DNA of 63,490 nucleotides, the filler included. It is 9 parts of 9 records of this genome, joined end to end, with 100 filler letters (N's around TTAATTAATTAA, not from the genome) between each part and the next. Parts side by side here need not be neighbours in the genome. Positions count along the whole stretch, not along the records: positions 6,976 to 13,258 come from SRR31147125_117460; positions 13,359 to 22,636 come from SRR31147125_117490; 7 more parts are not named here. The stretch is one strand, 5' to 3'. The number at the start of each line of letters is the position of its first letter. Within the stretch, counting starts at the first letter, position 1. The notes under the pieces are model-generated. The model made no database searches, was not told where the DNA came from, and saw nothing but the letters and a program-made list of their open reading frames with translations. This document shows, piece by piece, positions 10,400 to 19,668 of the stretch. The position numbers were made by a program, and so were the translations under genes.

Positions 10400-12463
10400 A
10401 TGAAAATTCTCATTGTGGACGACAAGGAAGAAAACCGCTATCTGCTTGAGGTTCTGCTTAGGGGAAACGGGTATGAAGTCGAAACTGCGCCAAACGGTGC
10501 CGAGGCCTTTGAAAAACTCAAGGCCGGAGAAATCGAGTTGATTATCAGCGATATTCTCATGCCTGTTATGGACGGCTATCAGTTGTGTCGAAAAGTAAAG
10601 ACAGACGAGGAGCTGCGCCATATTCCGTTCATCACGTACACAGCTACCTATACCGGGCCGCAGGATCAGGAATTTGCTGTCAAAATTGGTGCGGACCGAT
10701 TCATTGTCAAACCCTGTGAGCCAGATGCGTTAATGGAAGAGATTCAGGGTGTGATAGCTGCTGCTAATAGCCGTCTCGTTACCCCAAAACCAGCGCCGGC
10801 ACAAGAAGAAGAAATGCTCAAGCTTTACAATGAACGCCTGGTGAGAAATCTTGAGCAAAAGGCGTTGGCTCTGGAAAGGGAGGTCCAGACGAGGCGCGAG
10901 ATTGAGGAGGAATTGCGCCAGACAAATGCGTTTCTTGACTCGATTGTTGAAAATATCCCGGACATGATTTTCTTGAAGGATGCCAAAGATCTTCGTTATG
11001 TGCGGCTCAACAAGGCTGGTGAGGGTCTTCTGGGTTACTCCCAAGAAGAGCTTCTTGGAAAGAGTGACTATGATTTGTTTCCGAAAGAGCAGGCAAACTT
11101 TTTCATAGAGAAGGATCGAGAGGTTTTGCTTCGAAAGGAACTTGTGGACATCCCTGAAGAGACCGTTCGTAACAGAAACAATGAAGAGAGAATCCTGCAC
11201 ACCAAAAAGGTACCAATCCTGAATGGAAAAGGAGAATCCCAATACCTGCTGGGCATTTCCGAGGACATCACCGAAATGAAAAGGGCGGTGGAGGAACGTG
11301 AGAATTTAACGGCCCAACTGCTTCAGGCACAAAAACTGGAATCTATTGGGACTCTTGCTGGCGGAATTGCCCACGATTTTAACAATATTCTTTCATCAAT
11401 CATAGGATTCACGGAAATCATTTTAGATGAAGCTGAAAAAGGCTCCATAGTCGAGGACAACTTGCAAGAGATTTATAAGGCTGGGAAAAGGGCCAAAAAG
11501 TTAGTTGAACAAATATTGCTTTTTGCCAGGAAATCTGATGCGGAAATCAAACCGATAAAACCTAAAATCCTAGTAAAAGAGGTGCTTGGTTTTCTGCGAT
11601 CATCCATTCCAACCACAATTGAAATTAAACAAAACATTGCAAGCGAATCCTCGATAATGGGAAATACAACACAGTTTCACCAAGTCCTCATGAATCTTTG
11701 TACAAATGCGGCTCATGCTATGGAAGAGGAAGGCGGCACATTGGAGGTCTATCTGGAAGATATTAATATCAACGGATGCGATACAACCCAGGGACAGAAA
11801 CTAAAACCGGGAGCCTACATAAGATTGATCGTATCAGACACTGGAAAAGGTATTTCTTCCGAGGTTATTGGATCGGTCTTTGAACCTTATTTTACAACAA
11901 AAGCACAGGGGGAGGGCACCGGCTTGGGGCTCGCATTGGTTCACGGAATTGTGGAAAGTTATGGGGGCAAGATTGAGGCTAAAAGCGAATTGGGAAAAGG
12001 ATCTGTCTTTTCGATTTACATACCCATCACTGAAAAGTCTGAAACTTTTCGTTCTTATGAACCAAAGGAACTGCCAACTGGATCGGAAAGAATCTTAATC
12101 GTCGATGATGAAGCTGCAATCGCCAAAGTTTATCGCAAAGGCCTGGAAAGTTTGGGATACAAGGTAACCACCAGGACAAGCAGTGTAGAAGCCCTGGAGC
12201 TTTTCAGTTCAAAATCGAATGAATTTGATTTGGTTGTCACCGACATGACCATGCCGAATGTGGCCGGAGATAAGTTGGCGATTGAATTAATAAAAATCAG
12301 GCCTGATATCCCCGTAGTTTTATGCACGGGATACAGCAAAAAAATATCTGATGAAACAGCCTCGGAAATCGGCATCAAGGCATTCGCATACAAACCGATT
12401 GATAAGGCTGATCTGGCCAAAACGGTCAGAAAAGTGCTTGACGGGGCAAAATCCGAAGGTTAA
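10400..12463 (+). CDS. Hybrid sensor kinase (REC-PAS-HisKA-HATPase-REC)
   Basis: N-terminal receiver (ILIVDD, ISDILMP), GGIAHDFNN H-box, FEPYFTTK, GTGLGL, C-terminal receiver. Confidence 0.92.
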   Translation: MKILIVDDKEENRYLLEVLLRGNGYEVETAPNGAEAFEKLKAGEIELIISDILMPVMDGYQLCRKVKTDEELRHIPFITYTATYTGPQDQEFAVKIGADRFIVKPCEPDALMEEIQGVIAAANSRLVTPKPAPAQEEEMLKLYNERLVRNLEQKALALEREVQTRREIEEELRQTNAFLDSIVENIPDMIFLKDAKDLRYVRLNKAGEGLLGYSQEELLGKSDYDLFPKEQANFFIEKDREVLLRKELVDIPEETVRNRNNEERILHTKKVPILNGKGESQYLLGISEDITEMKRAVEERENLTAQLLQAQKLESIGTLAGGIAHDFNNILSSIIGFTEIILDEAEKGSIVEDNLQEIYKAGKRAKKLVEQILLFARKSDAEIKPIKPKILVKEVLGFLRSSIPTTIEIKQNIASESSIMGNTTQFHQVLMNLCTNAAHAMEEEGGTLEVYLEDININGCDTTQGQKLKPGAYIRLIVSDTGKGISSEVIGSVFEPYFTTKAQGEGTGLGLALVHGIVESYGGKIEAKSELGKGSVFSIYIPITEKSETFRSYEPKELPTGSERILIVDDEAAIAKVYRKGLESLGYKVTTRTSSVEALELFSSKSNEFDLVVTDMTMPNVAGDKLAIELIKIRPDIPVVLCTGYSKKISDETASEIGIKAFAYKPIDKADLAKTVRKVLDGAKSEG

Positions 12464-12692
12464 GGATTATTATCCTACTTCTGAATCTTTCAAATTACCA
12501 TTAGCAAGCCCCCAGAGAACATGACTATGAATAATTGGCTTGATGAAGAAAATATATTGGCTTTCATTCTGGCTTCCAAGACTTCAGGCCAGACAATTAC
12601 CGCTGTTGGTACCGATACTTGTACCACGCATTGGGCCGCCTATTACTTCACTGCTCAAGGTGTCCTATAAATCACGGTAAAATAGCACGTTG

Positions 12693-12730
12693 AAAAGGCC
12701 CCCAATAAACCTGGTGGGCCTTACTTTTTC
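12693..12730 (+). terminator. Possible intrinsic terminator
   Basis: AAGGCCC...GGGCCTT followed by T-rich tract. Confidence 0.45.
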
Positions 12731-12796
12731 TTTCTGCTTATTTCTCGATGTTTGACCTTTGGCAGAATGGTTTCTTGCAAGTTGTATTATAGTTAA

Positions 12797-12924
12797 CAAC
12801 CACCCCTCAAAAGGGTTGCTTAAATAGCGACCCTAACAGGGAAAGATTATTTCCAGAGTTTCATCTGCTCCATCTTTTTATCCCTATGGGTCTGCCACCG
12901 GACATATTTTCTGATTTGTTCTTC
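12797..12924 (-). mobile_element. tnpA: IS200/IS605-family TnpA C-terminal remnant with right-end hairpins
   Basis: Minus-strand 12924-12847 translates to EEQIRKYVRWQTHRDKKMEQMKLWK*, matching the Y1 catalytic-Tyr helix. Adjacent hairpin AGGGTTGCT-TAAAT-AGCGACCCT at 12812-12834. Confidence 0.7.
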
Positions 12925-13258
12925 GGGGAACAGGATATTTCCCCCCTGTTGAAGCGAAACTTAATTTCTTTTTGGAACAGGTAGTGGGCATGATGGCATT
13001 TTAATCTTCAGAGGAAAACCTATCAAGTGAAGGAGTGCCTGTCAGCATCTAATCAACGTCCACATCACCCTCATGCACCCGGCTCATTCCAAATGATAAA
13101 TTATCAACAGAAGGTATCTCATTTGAGTAATTTTTTAAAATAATTATTATAATCGATTTGCCGATTTCGCAGTAGATTCATTCTTAAGTCCGACTAGTTC
13201 CTGGGTTTTGGCAAGGGACATTTTGAGCCATTCCGGATGGACGGGCTTTAATCTTTTA

Positions 13259-13358
13259 NNNNNNNNNNNNNNNNNNNNNNNNNNNNNNNNNNNNNNNNNN
13301 NNTTAATTAATTAANNNNNNNNNNNNNNNNNNNNNNNNNNNNNNNNNNNNNNNNNNNN
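13259..13358. other. Artificial contig spacer
   Basis: 44 N + TTAATTAATTAA + 44 N. Confidence 0.97.
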
Positions 13359-13359
13359 C

Positions 13360-14421
13360 CCCGCCAATATCGAGGGTCTTGTATTCAAAGACGAAGTGGA
13401 AGTGGCTAACGAACTGGTTCCCAAGCTGAAAAAGAAAGCCGACATCGTTATCGCCCTGGTTCACATGGGAATCTACGAAAGCGAAGAGGAAGGCTCCAAA
13501 AGACTGGCCGCTCAGGTTCCCGGACTGGCTATGATCGTAGACGGTCACACCCATACGAAAACGGAAGAACCCGTAATGGTCATGAACGCCGTATCGGGCA
13601 TGGAAATCCCCATTGTATCGGCCAACCAGTGGGGTCTGTACATGGGTAAGGCGGAAGTAAAGTTCATGAACGGCGAAGTCACCGGTTTTGATTTTGAACT
13701 GATACCCGTCAATGTGAAATACCGGGAAAAACTGGAAGACGGAACCAAGGTCTACCACTTCGTAGACAAAGAGATTCCCGAAGATCCCGCTCTGGCCGAG
13801 CTGCTTCAGCCCTATGTAGACAAGGTCGACGCGGTTCTGGATGAATCCATCGGAACAGCCACAGCTCCTTTCCTGAACGCCAATACCAGAAAGGAAGAAA
13901 CCGCTATCGGAAACATGGTGGCCGATTCCATGCTCTGGTTCTGCAACCAGATGAACCTTGAGGCCGATTTCGCGTTCCAGAACGGCGGCGGCATCCGGAC
14001 CGATATCGCAGACGGCGAAATCAAGAAACGGACCATCTATGAAGTCCTGCCCTTCGACAACTCCGTGGCTCTGGTCACCATGAAAGGCTCCGATGTAATC
14101 GAGCTCTTCGGCCGGACACCTGAAACCGTCGGCCACGGCGCCATGCCCCAGGTTTCGAAGGAAGTATCCTTTGTAATCGATACGGCATCCGGCACCGTTT
14201 CCGACCTGCTGATCAACGGCGAACCCGTAGATCCCAATAGGGAATACAAAATTGCCACCAACTCCTACCTGGCATCAGGCGGAGACGGATACAGCATCTT
14301 CAAGAGCGCCGCAGCTTACTACGACACATCTCTCATGCAGAGAGATGCCTTCATCGAGTATGTGGTTTCCCTCGGCGGAACCATCACACCCAGTGTTGAA
14401 GGAAGAATTACCATTAAATAA
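13360..14421 (+). CDS. 5'-nucleotidase/UshA-family protein, 5' partial
   Basis: IALVHMG, IVDGHTHT, NGGGIRT, VLPFDN, YLASGGDGY. Confidence 0.9.
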   Translation, partial: PANIEGLVFKDEVEVANELVPKLKKKADIVIALVHMGIYESEEEGSKRLAAQVPGLAMIVDGHTHTKTEEPVMVMNAVSGMEIPIVSANQWGLYMGKAEVKFMNGEVTGFDFELIPVNVKYREKLEDGTKVYHFVDKEIPEDPALAELLQPYVDKVDAVLDESIGTATAPFLNANTRKEETAIGNMVADSMLWFCNQMNLEADFAFQNGGGIRTDIADGEIKKRTIYEVLPFDNSVALVTMKGSDVIELFGRTPETVGHGAMPQVSKEVSFVIDTASGTVSDLLINGEPVDPNREYKIATNSYLASGGDGYSIFKSAAAYYDTSLMQRDAFIEYVVSLGGTITPSVEGRITIK

Positions 14422-14433
14422 GCGGTAAACCTG

Positions 14434-14459
14434 AAGGAGGGGCTCCGGCCCCTCCTTTC
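14434..14459 (+). terminator. Stem-loop terminator
   Basis: AAGGAGGGGC-TCCG-GCCCCTCCTT, UNCG loop, 12 nt after the stop. Confidence 0.7.
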
Positions 14460-14491
14460 CCATTCGATTGATCCTGAAGGACAGAGAAGCC

Positions 14492-14821
14492 ATGGCACTG
14501 AAAAACGAATATGTTGCCGTCGGCAACCGGCTGATCCCGCGGGAAACAGCCCCCCTGGTTCTGGAGCAGATGCTGGGTGACCGGTATGCCTGCGACAGCA
14601 TCCTTCTGAATTCCTCCTCCCCTCCCGAAACCTTCATCGAACAGCTGCTGAACCGCTGTCGGCAGACCGGCCTCGCCCATGATTTCACGGTCTCCGGAAT
14701 TGCCGAAATGCTGAAGAAGTTCGTCAGCACCAACGCCCCTTCCCGTCAGCAGGTCCGGATTGCTCTCTACAAGGGAAAGAAGAGCCTTTTCCTCATCGGT
14801 TTTGACGATTTCCGGTACTGA
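14492..14821 (+). CDS. Hypothetical protein
   Basis: ORF fills the gap with plausible codon usage. No recognised family. Confidence 0.55.
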   Translation: MALKNEYVAVGNRLIPRETAPLVLEQMLGDRYACDSILLNSSSPPETFIEQLLNRCRQTGLAHDFTVSGIAEMLKKFVSTNAPSRQQVRIALYKGKKSLFLIGFDDFRY

Positions 14822-14833
14822 AGTCCCGTCGGA

Positions 14834-15439
14834 TTACAGATGCTTCCGGGCGTAGATCAGCCGTTGAACTATCCCGGCGGCCGTCAGAACCGCCATGGCG
14901 GGGATCAGCCAGACGAGATACCGGGGCAGAAGTATAAACAGTGAATAGAACAGGATGGTCTCGGCTCCCTCAATCAGGCCCCGCGGCATATCCAGGGAGG
15001 TCTGAATCTTCCCCGAGATTCCGCCCCGGCGTTTCTGAAGGAGTCCTGAAAGGTACATCCAGGATGCGCCGTTGACATAAAAGACTCCCAGAAGAAGGAT
15101 TACCAGCAGACTGACCGTCCGGGAGTTCTCCCTCAGTGCAATTGCACCGGGCAGAAGGGCATAGACAGTGAAGTCGGTGATAATATCATAGTAACCGCCG
15201 AAGTCGGTCTTATTCCCGTTCTGACGGGCGACATAACCGTCCAGTCCGTCGATGATCCGGTTGAGAATCCACAGGATAAAAGCGGTGAGGTTGTACCCGA
15301 AGTAGAGGAATACGGCGCAGATCACACCGACGGATAATCCGGCTGTTGTGATGAGATTCGGAGGGATGCTTTCGATCCGCGGACCTGCAATCAGAAAGAG
15401 GATGCGGTCTTTCACTTTTCTCAGCTGCTCGTCAACCAT
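14834..15439 (-). CDS. CDP-alcohol phosphatidyltransferase family protein (YnjF-like)
   Basis: PNLIT, NRIIDGLDGYVAR...TDFGGYYDIITD, GLIEGAET. Confidence 0.85.
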   Translation of the reverse strand: MVDEQLRKVKDRILFLIAGPRIESIPPNLITTAGLSVGVICAVFLYFGYNLTAFILWILNRIIDGLDGYVARQNGNKTDFGGYYDIITDFTVYALLPGAIALRENSRTVSLLVILLLGVFYVNGASWMYLSGLLQKRRGGISGKIQTSLDMPRGLIEGAETILFYSLFILLPRYLVWLIPAMAVLTAAGIVQRLIYARKHL

Positions 15440-15441
15440 GA

Positions 15442-16143
15442 CTAATCCTCTTTTCCTATCCGGATATAATCAATATACCCTTTTCCGGCGCTGTCCGTAT
15501 TATCCGAATCGGTCATTACGGCGAGAGATGCGGGAGAAGGCGGATCGGTGCCGAAAATCCTGCGGTAATCCTCCAGGATATTGACCCGGTGTTCCTTCCA
15601 CAGGCCCGCCTCTCCGGGCCCCGTATCCATGGCGATCATCACAACCCGGCCGGAATGGGAGTTGGGAACGAAGGGGGCTCCCCAGGAACGGTTGGCCCAC
15701 ACATAGTTCAGTCCTGAATCGGGAGGATATTCACCGTAGACAGCTCTTGCCATATTGTACTGAAATCTCTTGAAACCCGATGCGCCGGCGGGATCATACT
15801 TGAAGATAACATAGATCCGGATGCTGTAGTCGTCGCCTTTCTTCTTTCTCGCGTCTCCCGACGGTATGATATCCTCCACCTTCCACCGCCAGGTGAGAAC
15901 CGGCCAGCTGTACACATCGAAGGTTTCACTGTAGATGAGCCCGGAGGCGGCATCCTCCGACTCTGCCATCAGGTACGAATCCTCTCCCTCCCGGATAACC
16001 GAATAGCGGCTGTGCCGATCCACCTTCGGAAAGTACAGGGGCTCCCAGTTCTCCAGATCACTGAATTCCTCAGAGATAATATACTCCTGCGCCGAAGCCG
16101 GGAAAGAAAAAAGCAGGAAAAGGAAAAACGGAATCACTTTCAT
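15442..16143 (-). CDS. DUF3047 family exported protein
   Basis: Signal peptide, LTWRWKV, GDDYSIRIYV, LNYVW, EDYRRIFG, MTDSDNT. Confidence 0.8.
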   Translation of the reverse strand: MKVIPFFLFLLFSFPASAQEYIISEEFSDLENWEPLYFPKVDRHSRYSVIREGEDSYLMAESEDAASGLIYSETFDVYSWPVLTWRWKVEDIIPSGDARKKKGDDYSIRIYVIFKYDPAGASGFKRFQYNMARAVYGEYPPDSGLNYVWANRSWGAPFVPNSHSGRVVMIAMDTGPGEAGLWKEHRVNILEDYRRIFGTDPPSPASLAVMTDSDNTDSAGKGYIDYIRIGKED

Positions 16144-16144
16144 A

Positions 16145-17575
16145 TCATCCTCTGTAGCGGTACAGGAATTTCAGAATCTTCCTGATCCGTGGATTGAACA
16201 GTCTCGGACCGTAATAGGCTCCCGCCGCCTGCCTGTGGATCTCTCCCATGGTGGGATAGGGATAAACCGGAGACATGACATCCATCAGCTTCAGCCTCTT
16301 TGTCACGCCATACAGGGATGGCAGAATCAGATCCCCCGCCCGGGCGCCGACGATCTGGGTACCCAGAACCCGTTCATTCCGGTCAATGAGAACCTTGACT
16401 TTTCCTGCAGTCATGCCTTCCGCCTGAGCCCGGTCGTTATCCTCCAGGGGCGCTTCGACGGTTTCATAGGAGATACCCGCCTCTTTCGCCCGTTTCTCAT
16501 TAAGCCCCACCGAAGCCAGTTCAGGCTCCGTATAGGTAACCCAGGGAACATTCCGGTAGCTGAAGGAGCCGGGAAGCCCCAGCGCCGCATGGCGGACAAC
16601 GAAGGAACCTTCGGTCCCTGCAACATGTGTGAACATATACTGTCCGTTCACATCACCTATCGCATAAATATGACGGAGGCTGGTCTGAAGACTGTTGTTC
16701 ACCCCTATGAAGGATCCGTTCCTGTCCACACCGATCCCTTCCAGATTCAGATCCTCCGTATTACCCCGGCGGCCGGCGGCAACCAGGAGATGAGTTCCGG
16801 CCGCTTCCGACTCCTTTCCGTCCCGGGTATACCGCACCGATACGGTAGGTCCTTCCCGCCGGACTCCGGTTATTCTGACCCGGTTCAGTACAGATGCTCC
16901 ATCCTCCCGAAGCTGCTGTTCCACAACCGCGGCCATATCGCGGTCTTCCCGGGGCAGAATATGATCCGCATCATTCAGGAGGGTCACCCGGGAGCCGAGC
17001 CGTGCCAGAGCCTGGCTCAGTTCCGTCCCTACGGGACCGCCCCCGATGGTGATCAGCGCCTCGGGCAGTTCCTCCAGCCGGAAGATATCCCTGTTTGTAA
17101 TAAAACCGGCACTATCCAGTCCGGGGATGGACGGAATGGAGGGAGACGAGCCTGTGGCGATAACAATCCTGGAGGCTGAGAAGGTCTCATCACCCACATG
17201 GATCTCCCGTGATGAACGGAACCGGGGAGAACCGAAGAGAATCTGCACTCCCAGCTTCTCAAACCGCTCGGCCGAATCATGATGGCTGATGGTTCCGATA
17301 ACCTCCTGCACCCGGTTCATGACACTGTTCATATCAACCCCGGGAAGGACTGCATCCGGCAGACCGTACCGGGACATCTGCCGGACCTGATGGTAGACCC
17401 CGGCACTCCGGAGGAGGGTCTTGCTGGGGACACAGCCGTAGTGAAGACAGTCTCCGCCCATCAGCTCTTTTTCCACAAGCAGGACCTTCATGCCCAGCTG
17501 CACGCATCCGGAAGCGGCGGTCAGCCCCGCTGCTCCTCCCCCCAGGATGATCATGTCATGGGTCGTCTTATTCAT
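16145..17575 (-). CDS. Pyridine nucleotide-disulfide oxidoreductase (MerA/Lpd-like)
   Basis: GGGAAG FAD motif, GGDCLHYGCVPSK redox pair, GGGPVG, YPYPTMGE. No C-terminal Cys-Cys. Confidence 0.9.
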   Translation of the reverse strand: MNKTTHDMIILGGGAAGLTAASGCVQLGMKVLLVEKELMGGDCLHYGCVPSKTLLRSAGVYHQVRQMSRYGLPDAVLPGVDMNSVMNRVQEVIGTISHHDSAERFEKLGVQILFGSPRFRSSREIHVGDETFSASRIVIATGSSPSIPSIPGLDSAGFITNRDIFRLEELPEALITIGGGPVGTELSQALARLGSRVTLLNDADHILPREDRDMAAVVEQQLREDGASVLNRVRITGVRREGPTVSVRYTRDGKESEAAGTHLLVAAGRRGNTEDLNLEGIGVDRNGSFIGVNNSLQTSLRHIYAIGDVNGQYMFTHVAGTEGSFVVRHAALGLPGSFSYRNVPWVTYTEPELASVGLNEKRAKEAGISYETVEAPLEDNDRAQAEGMTAGKVKVLIDRNERVLGTQIVGARAGDLILPSLYGVTKRLKLMDVMSPVYPYPTMGEIHRQAAGAYYGPRLFNPRIRKILKFLYRYRG

Positions 17576-18251
17576 GCTTCCGCCTCCGGATCTTCTTCAT
17601 CACCGCCGGCATAAGGGTGAGCAGGCCCAGAAGAACGAGGGCGACGGTCACCTGTATGCCAAAGGAACCGGACGCGCCGGCATTGGCGCCGGTGGAACCG
17701 AGATAGGCGTAGACAAAGGAGCCGGGAATGATCCCGACCGCGGTAGTCCAGAAAAAGGTCCAGGCCGGAACGGTCGTGAATCCGGCCAGGAGGTTGATCA
17801 GAAAAAAGGGGAACAGGGGGATCAGCCGGAGGGTTAGAAGGTAGTGGGTTCCGTTAGCCTCGATCTCCCGGTTCAGCAGGGCCAGCTGGTCCCTGTACTT
17901 CTTCTGGATGTCCAGTCCAAGAAAGTACCGTGCGATGAAAAAGATGATCACCGCTCCCGTGGTCGCCCCCAGATTGACCAGAAGCACTCCCAGAAGGGGA
18001 CCGAAGAAGAACCCTCCCAGAAGGGTCATGACCGTGGCTCCCGGAATACTCAGACCGACGACGGCAATATAGGCAAGAACGAAAATGACCGCCCCTGAAA
18101 GCCTGTGCTCCCGGATCCGGACCAGCAGCTCGTTCTTCCTCTCCAGAAGCCGGTTCAGATCGACCGTCTCCCCCAGGGGGGTGAAGTTGTAGAGAACGAT
18201 GATACAGGCCGTCACCGCAGCCGCGATGATCAGTTTCAGTTTAAGGCTCAA
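17568..18251 (-). CDS. TVP38/TMEM64 (DedA superfamily, YdjX/YdjZ-like) membrane protein
   Basis: SIPGATVMTLLGGFFFG, LRLIPLFPFFLINL, TAVGIIPG. TTG start after GGGAGG. Confidence 0.88.
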   Translation of the reverse strand: MSLKLKLIIAAAVTACIIVLYNFTPLGETVDLNRLLERKNELLVRIREHRLSGAVIFVLAYIAVVGLSIPGATVMTLLGGFFFGPLLGVLLVNLGATTGAVIIFFIARYFLGLDIQKKYRDQLALLNREIEANGTHYLLTLRLIPLFPFFLINLLAGFTTVPAWTFFWTTAVGIIPGSFVYAYLGSTGANAGASGSFGIQVTVALVLLGLLTLMPAVMKKIRRRKHE

Positions 18252-18276
18252 AGAGACCTCCCTGTCCGGGTCCGGT

Positions 18277-19578
18277 TCATCTTCCGGAAAAATGCTCCTG
18301 CCAGCCCTCCTCAAGCAGTTCCACATACCCGGGCGGGATCTCCGGAACAGCATTGAGAGAAAGGACTGTAAAGGGCAGAGCGGCATCTCCCCTATCCATA
18401 TTGCCGAACCTTGTCTTATGCTCTTCTTCCAGACGGGAAAAATCCAGAATGGGCAGACCTCCCCAGCCTGCCGGATCCGCCTTGCTCAGCTGCACCTCGG
18501 GAGAAATGAGGATATTGGACAGGACCAGCGCACCGGCCTTGTTGGGAGCATTAAAGGGGATCGCCGTAAAATTCGTATTGGAAAGACTGTTCCTTCTCAT
18601 AACGAAAGTCCGGACGCTTTTACGATATATCCCGTTTCTGATCTGCACTGCGGCATGATTGGGATTGTAGAACATACAGAAATCGACCTCTCCATCGGCA
18701 AAGAGCGATACCAGCCGGGAGACATTCTCGGGATATTCCCGGCCCTCCCTCCAGAGATAGGGTTCGATCTCCTTCAGGTACTCCCAGAGGGGTTCCGCAT
18801 TCTCCGTAATCAGCGACGGTTTCACAAATTTTACGGCGGATCTTTCCAGAAACGGTTCATATCCGGCCGACAGTTCATAAAACGCCTGCCGGACAAAGGC
18901 TGATCCGGTGAAATCCGGCGGTCTCGGATAGGTAAAACGGCCCGGATGAGCGACAATCCACTCTCTCAGTTCCTCATAGGATCGGGGCGGCTCGGCCACA
19001 ACATCAGAATCATATTCGAAAACGAACTGCGCTCTGCCGTAGGGAGTCTCATATCCGTCTACAGGGAAACCGAAATCCGTCTCGGCAAACCGGGGCTCCA
19101 CATACTTTTCCATATTGGGAAGAAGATGGGTATAGGGACCGGTCAGAAGCCCCCGGATTCTGGCATTTCGGAAATTCTCACCGTTTATCCATACCAGATC
19201 GGCGGTTCCTTCCCGAATTCCCGATACTTTCTCGGCAGCCAGCTTTTCCACAAAATCGGCGGCGTCTCTGACGAACACCGGCTTAAGAACGATACCGGCC
19301 TCCTCCTGAACCCTCGGAACAAGATAATCCTGCACCCACCGGTTGATCGAAGGATCTCCTCCCCACATATAGAAAGAGACTTCCGAATTCTCCGCCAGCT
19401 CCCGAATCTCCGGATAGGTCAGGGAGAGGATATGATCCTGTTCCCCCTTTTCCCCGCAGCCTCCGAAAAGAAGAACCGCCGGAAAGAAAACCGCTGACAG
19501 AAGCACCTTGAGGATGACAGTCGACAGGGAGAGGCCACACGGTCTGTGATCTGCTCCGGAGGAGAGTATAAACATCAC
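18277..19578 (-). CDS. ABC substrate-binding lipoprotein (YnjB-like)
   Basis: Lipobox-like LFGGC, FYMWGG, DLVWINGENF, PGRFTYPRPPDFTGSAF, AIPFNA. Start uncertain. Confidence 0.8.
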   Translation of the reverse strand: MMFILSSGADHRPCGLSLSTVILKVLLSAVFFPAVLLFGGCGEKGEQDHILSLTYPEIRELAENSEVSFYMWGGDPSINRWVQDYLVPRVQEEAGIVLKPVFVRDAADFVEKLAAEKVSGIREGTADLVWINGENFRNARIRGLLTGPYTHLLPNMEKYVEPRFAETDFGFPVDGYETPYGRAQFVFEYDSDVVAEPPRSYEELREWIVAHPGRFTYPRPPDFTGSAFVRQAFYELSAGYEPFLERSAVKFVKPSLITENAEPLWEYLKEIEPYLWREGREYPENVSRLVSLFADGEVDFCMFYNPNHAAVQIRNGIYRKSVRTFVMRRNSLSNTNFTAIPFNAPNKAGALVLSNILISPEVQLSKADPAGWGGLPILDFSRLEEEHKTRFGNMDRGDAALPFTVLSLNAVPEIPPGYVELLEEGWQEHFSGR

Positions 19579-19668
19579 ACTTAAAGGGTAATCAACCTCC
19601 GGATGTTTATCAAACCGAAACCTCCTGCCCGGATCGAAGAGGCCGGTAAACCGGAGCCTTGATTATAC

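Noticed and set aside
16235..17179. Long antisense ORFs (also 21402-22352, 23008-23970, 44015-44923, 53034-53915, 60557-61579)
   Set aside because: They are shadows of well-supported genes on the opposite strand in GC-rich DNA and carry no recognisable motifs.
16145..17575. Mercury resistance (merA) call
   Set aside because: No C-terminal Cys-Cys, no N-terminal metal-binding domain and no merR/T/P nearby.
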